From Candidatus Poribacteria bacterium (GTDB lineage: Bacteria; Poribacteria; WGA-4E; UBA9662): a stretch of 64,000 nt of DNA. The stretch covers positions 1 through 64,000 of the forward strand of contig JAYZAL010000088.1 in the NCBI GenBank assembly GCA_036339735.1, written 5' to 3'. The notes below the pieces were generated by a model that worked only from the letters and a program-made list of their open reading frames with translations, did not search any database and was not told the DNA's origin. A program made the position numbers and the translations under genes. Shown one piece after another: positions 59,622-64,000 of this stretch (the stretch's first letter is position 1; the number at the start of each line of letters is the position of its first letter).

Positions 59622-60000
59622 AGGAAGTTTCCTCTTTTTAAATTTTGGACGATTTCTATAAATAGATTTTCAGCAAGAGAAAACAAATATCCAGCAACCA
59701 CAGGGTACCTCTTCACAACTATCTTAGTAATCGTCCGATCAGTTGGTTTACTTCATAAGTACTTTAATCTATCTTGTATCGAGAATAAAACCGTAAACGC
59801 ATGACTGAGTGTTTACTCTTACCTAAGGCTTTCTGGTTTCACGAAGAAGGATAAAAAGACAATCTATCATTCGTTTTCATTTGGACTAACGTCGACTGAA
59901 TCGATTTGATTATCGAGGAATTGCGATTTTGTAATTCTTCACTTTTACGACCGAACGAAAATAACTTAACTGATTATAAATCAATATATTCAGGTGGTGT

Positions 60001-62403
60001 CTATCCTAGAAGCGATTGTTCTAAGACCTGATCAATATGCTTAACAAAAACAAACTTAAGACCACGCTGTGCTTCTTTTGGAATCTCTGATAAATCTTTT
60101 CGATTCTTTTCTGGGGCAATAACTGTTTTGATACCAGCTTGTTTGGCCGCTAACACTTTCTCCTTGAGGCCACCAATCGGTAAGACTCGGCCTCGTAACG
60201 AAATCTCTCCAGTCATCGCAACCTCATTGGAAACAACCTGATTGGTAGCTAGGGAAGCCAAAGCTGTTGCAATGGTTATACCCGCAGAAGGACCATCTTT
60301 AGGTGTAGCTCCAGCTGGTACATGCAAATGAAAATCGTTTTTTTTGAAAAAATCAGTGTCAATCAACAAGTCTTCAGCCTGTGATTTGACATAACTCAGT
60401 GCGGCTTGCGCTGACTCTTGCATTACACTTCCAAGCTGACCCGTAACAGTCATTTTACCTTCTCCTTTCATTCGTGTACACTCTACAAAGAGAACTTCAC
60501 CTCCATATGGAGTTACAGATAGACCTGTAACTACACCAATATCACCTTCGCGTTCAGCTACTTCCGATTGAAATTTAATTGGACCTAAATACGTCTCGAT
60601 TTTAGAAGCGGAAACATCAATCCGTCGTTTTCGTCCTTGAGCAAACTGGCGGGCTACTTTGCGACAGACAGTCCCCAATTCTCGCTCCAGGTTTCGTAAC
60701 CCAGCTTCTCGAGTATAACTACTGATCACTTCTTCTATGGCAGGGTCTTCAAACTGAAGATTTTTGGCCGAAATCCCATTGGCGTCCAGTTGGCGCGGTA
60801 CTAGATACTGTTTGGCTATCATCAGTTTTTCTTTTTGAGTATATCCAAGTAATTGCAGAATCTCCATCCGATCCTTTAAAGGCGGTGGAATAGTATCGAG
60901 CTGGTTAGCTGTAGCAATGAACATTACTTTAGAAAGATCAAATGGAACATCAAGGTAATTATCAGCAAAATTATGATTCTGTTCAGGATCCAATACTTCC
61001 AAGAGTGCAGATGCTGGATCTCCCCGAAAATCAGAACTCATTTTATCAAGTTCGTCCAGCATGAAAATCGGATTCTTTGATTCTGCTTGCCTTAGGCTTT
61101 TGATAATTCGACCCGGCATTGAACCAATATAAGTTCTTCGATGTCCACGGATTTCAGCTTCATCATGAACACCACCCAGAGATATACGAACGAACTCTCG
61201 TCCCATTGAACGAGCAATCGACCGACCTAAGGACGTCTTACCAACTCCTGGTGGGCCAACAAAACATAGAATTGGGCCTTTCATATCTGACTTCAAAGAC
61301 CGAACAGCTAGATATTCCAGAATTCGGTCTTTGACCTTAGTCAAATTGTAATGATCTTCGTCTAAAATCTGTTGAGCTCGGTCGAGGTCCAAGTTATCTT
61401 TTGTTTCGTGTTCCCAAGGTAAATTAACCATCCAGTCTAGATAGTTTCGACAAACAGTGGCTTCTGGAGAGAATGACTGCATCTGAGATAAACGTTTTAG
61501 CTCTCGCTCAGCTGATTTTAGCGCTTTTTCCGGCATTTCCATTTGCTGTAGTTTATCTCGATATTCTTCAATTTCAGCAGATAAATCTTCGGTATCACCT
61601 AATTCTTTTTGAATGGCTCGTATTTGCTCTCGCAAGAAATATTCCTTCTGAGACTGATTGATTTCAGCTTCAGCGTCGGACTGGATTTTACTCTCTAATT
61701 CAACTAAATTCAGTTCCTTGGTTAACATTTTAACCAAGTTTTCCAGTCTTTCCTCGACAGTAACATTTTCGAGCAGTTGCTGCTTATCTTCTGTTTTTAA
61801 GCTTATGATAGAAGCAATGTAGTCAGCAAGCCGCCCAGGATGATCAATATTATCGGCAATAATGGCAAATTCTTCTTGATAACGAGAAGAAATAGTTACT
61901 ATTTGGCTAAATAGATCATTTGCGCTTCTTACCAAGGCTTCAGACTCCATATCACCAAATTTTTCCGAAATCTCATCTTCTAACAGGGAGACTTCGGCCT
62001 TCATGAAGGGGGCTGTATGTAATACTTCATTAATTTCGACCCGAGCTTTGCCTTGAGCCAAAAAGAGAACACTATCGCCATCCTTTTTATAACGTACAAT
62101 ATGAACCAGTGTTCCGACAGGGCTTAGATCATCAGCAGTTAATTGTTTTGGGTCTTTTTCAATGCTTTGGCGAAACAAACAAAGAAACCTTTGTTCATTT
62201 ACCATCGCATATTCAACTGCAGACGACACATTTTCACCTGACAACGCTACATGGTGAGGTGAAAATGGTGGGACTGGGGGCATGAAGGGGTAAACAACTA
62301 AATCTCCTAATACTGGAATAATAGGCAGCTCGTTGCTGATATCAAAGCGAGCTATACCTTCTGATTCTTCGTTTTCCAATGGATTTTGGTCACTCATCTT
62401 CAT
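60001..62403 (-). CDS. lon: ATP-dependent protease La (LonA)
   Basis: Lon N-domain, GPPGVGKT, DEAEIRGHRRTY, LLEVLDPEQN, catalytic PKDGPSAG and GGLKEK. Start is 62403 or 62397. Confidence 0.97.
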   Translation of the reverse strand: MKMSDQNPLENEESEGIARFDISNELPIIPVLGDLVVYPFMPPVPPFSPHHVALSGENVSSAVEYAMVNEQRFLCLFRQSIEKDPKQLTADDLSPVGTLVHIVRYKKDGDSVLFLAQGKARVEINEVLHTAPFMKAEVSLLEDEISEKFGDMESEALVRSANDLFSQIVTISSRYQEEFAIIADNIDHPGRLADYIASIISLKTEDKQQLLENVTVEERLENLVKMLTKELNLVELESKIQSDAEAEINQSQKEYFLREQIRAIQKELGDTEDLSAEIEEYRDKLQQMEMPEKALKSAERELKRLSQMQSFSPEATVCRNYLDWMVNLPWEHETKDNLDLDRAQQILDEDHYNLTKVKDRILEYLAVRSLKSDMKGPILCFVGPPGVGKTSLGRSIARSMGREFVRISLGGVHDEAEIRGHRRTYIGSMPGRIIKSLRQAESKNPIFMLDELDKMSSDFRGDPASALLEVLDPEQNHNFADNYLDVPFDLSKVMFIATANQLDTIPPPLKDRMEILQLLGYTQKEKLMIAKQYLVPRQLDANGISAKNLQFEDPAIEEVISSYTREAGLRNLERELGTVCRKVARQFAQGRKRRIDVSASKIETYLGPIKFQSEVAEREGDIGVVTGLSVTPYGGEVLFVECTRMKGEGKMTVTGQLGSVMQESAQAALSYVKSQAEDLLIDTDFFKKNDFHLHVPAGATPKDGPSAGITIATALASLATNQVVSNEVAMTGEISLRGRVLPIGGLKEKVLAAKQAGIKTVIAPEKNRKDLSEIPKEAQRGLKFVFVKHIDQVLEQSLLG

Positions 62404-62980
62404 CCTCCTGACGGTTCACTTGAATACCAATCGGTTGTCGTCCAGTTATCATATTTGCTTCAGCCTCGCTATCTAGATTTTGATTAGTCTTAACTTCAAC
62501 TACAATCTCCTTAGATTTTCGTTCTTTTTTGGGTATTTTAATTTCCAGAAATCCATTGTCATAACTAGCGGTTGGTGTAACTTCTTCTACATGAACATTA
62601 GGTAAAACTACTCTCCGTTCAAAATGGCCATAGCTTAATCCAGCTTGGTGATAGTGTTGTTTCTTTAGCTCAGTTTTATCTTGACGAAAACCACGTATGA
62701 CCAAGTTATTTTCCTCTAGGCGAATTTTGACGTCATTCTCAGGATCAATTCCAGCGACTTCTAGCTTAACGATAAAACTATCTACGGTCTCGTAAATATC
62801 CATTGGTGGTCGCCACAAGTCGGTCTCGACATTGGAAGAGGAGAAAGCATCAAATAGTCGCTCAGCCTCACCTTGCATTTCAATTTTCATTTCAAAAAAT
62901 TGGTCAATCAGTTCTTTGGAAAACTTCATGCTAATTTTACTCCTGTCGCTGTTGATTTCTCGATTAATGTCTATTTTCAT
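62390..62980 (-). CDS. Small heat-shock protein (Hsp20/alpha-crystallin)
   Basis: WRPPMDIYET, YGHFERRVVLP, ASYDNGFLEIKIPK. Overlaps the lon start. Confidence 0.92.
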   Translation of the reverse strand: MKIDINREINSDRSKISMKFSKELIDQFFEMKIEMQGEAERLFDAFSSSNVETDLWRPPMDIYETVDSFIVKLEVAGIDPENDVKIRLEENNLVIRGFRQDKTELKKQHYHQAGLSYGHFERRVVLPNVHVEEVTPTASYDNGFLEIKIPKKERKSKEIVVEVKTNQNLDSEAEANMITGRQPIGIQVNRQEDEDE

Positions 62981-63022
62981 GTAGTTAAGTTACTTTTATT
63001 GGTTCATATTGTATCGACATCA

Positions 63023-64000
63023 TTAAGGCCAAAATTGATAGAGTGGGGTATTAGTAATGATACTAGCAATGCTCCAAATGCTCCCGAGGATGTAATCGCC
63101 TAGTGCTAAGCCTAGAAAAAACGGAATGGCACGGCGGTAAGACTGTAGACCGCCTTGTTTTAATATCACAGCTTTTAAAAACCAAGCAACAAATAAACAA
63201 CACCATAAATTTGCCATCCCCCAGCTATTTGCCATAGCGTAACCAAGAGGGTGGAGAGGCCACCACAAAAACTTAGTTCGAATCAACATCATCAAGGTCG
63301 TTATTATTACGCCTACTCCCATAAATGCTAAGCCAGGAATATCAACCTCGCGAGGAAATGTTAACCAGCCTTCTAGTTGTCGATAAACACCTCTTCCGAA
63401 CCCGAGTGCCCAAGTTTCATAATAACCTGATTCTGCCCCATGGCGATAGTAGCTGTCAAGTAATAGCCAGAATACTACTATTGCACCAACTAAAGTAGCC
63501 ATCAAAATGGAAATCACTATTTGCTTTGAAGGAATCGACCGAGTTTGTGAAATCTTAAATGCTTCCAACATTTGCGGCATTGGATGGGCTCGGTAGGCTC
63601 GATTAAAAAACATATATAAGGAAAATCCAATGAGGCTACCTGTTCCTATCCGCTGAGTACCGAAAGCCGTCACTAAAATACTATGTGGATCTATCCTGTG
63701 CAAGTCATGTACCAAGAAACCGAGTTCAGCTCTCACACGTGCTATCATAATAGCCAACAAAAAGTAAATCGTAAAAAATAGTAAAATTACCCAAGGAGAC
63801 ATACCAATCTGGTAGGAAAAAACACTTAAAAAAGAACAGCCAAAGACAATACCTAGAAAGGCAAATCGGTAGTAAGTGAATTCTCTAACATCTTCGATTA
63901 TAGGTTTTAAACCATACTTTATTCCTAAAAGAGACAATAGGTAACGCATGAGAGATTTAAAATGTCCTCTACCGGCCCATAAAGCAAAGCATAATAAGCC
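63023..64000 (-). CDS. Polytopic membrane protein of DUF6785/DUF6784 type, 5' end beyond the window
   Basis: Frame is open to the window edge (GLLCFALWAGRGHFKSLMRY...). Motifs ARVRAELG, WWPLHPLGY, GGLQSYRRAIPFFLGLALGD, recalled as typical of this family. Confidence 0.7.
   Translation of the reverse strand, partial: GLLCFALWAGRGHFKSLMRYLLSLLGIKYGLKPIIEDVREFTYYRFAFLGIVFGCSFLSVFSYQIGMSPWVILLFFTIYFLLAIMIARVRAELGFLVHDLHRIDPHSILVTAFGTQRIGTGSLIGFSLYMFFNRAYRAHPMPQMLEAFKISQTRSIPSKQIVISILMATLVGAIVVFWLLLDSYYRHGAESGYYETWALGFGRGVYRQLEGWLTFPREVDIPGLAFMGVGVIITTLMMLIRTKFLWWPLHPLGYAMANSWGMANLWCCLFVAWFLKAVILKQGGLQSYRRAIPFFLGLALGDYILGSIWSIASIITNTPLYQFWP

Noticed and set aside
59595-59804. 69-aa plus-strand ORF between the amidohydrolase and lon
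   Set aside because: It overlaps the amidohydrolase start on the opposite strand and has no RBS or recognisable features.
1868-63103. Many 60-160 aa ORFs in the track overlapping larger genes (e.g. 1868-2341, 10700-11053, 28239-28601, 42613-42990)
   Set aside because: They are antisense or alternate-frame shadows of well-supported CDS, with no motifs or RBS.

Overview
Gene-dense, AT-rich bacterial chromosomal window with about 47 CDS. I found no rRNA, tRNA, CRISPR array or transposase. The gene content suggests Candidatus Poribacteria or a related lineage (inference only): a LamG protein with a C-terminal 'DP-x-x-DKL-x-x-TW-x-x-IK' tail, three PhyH-type dioxygenases, a CRTAC1/ASPIC-UnbV plus TPR pair, and several amidohydrolases. 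Housekeeping loci are ilvBNC (preceded by a complete T-box riboswitch with a predicted Val GUC specifier), sodA, gpmA, folE with a tandem PTP synthase, a peroxiredoxin, ackA and hsp20-lon. The best candidate for an undescribed system is a 7-gene, ~12.7 kb operon (41870-54593). It encodes a ~2470-aa fusion (signal peptide, PA/M28-peptidase-like scaffold with non-canonical metal ligands, two LysM domains, acidic DxDxxG repeats, large helical inserts, FtsX/MacB permease), a 56-aa membrane protein missed by the ORF track, an OPT-like membrane protein, a discoidin-like lipoprotein, an internally duplicated hypothetical protein, a PqqD/RRE protein and a LolD/MacB-type ABC ATPase. Other points of interest: a desaturase/GH3/enolase/CocE lipid-amide cluster, a diheme Cyc2-like cytochrome-porin, an HxG (halogenase-like) PhyH protein, a large secreted HEAT protein with four inserted repeat modules, and a 4x10-nt repeat over the folE ribosome-binding site. 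All family calls come from motif recognition by eye; no searches were run.
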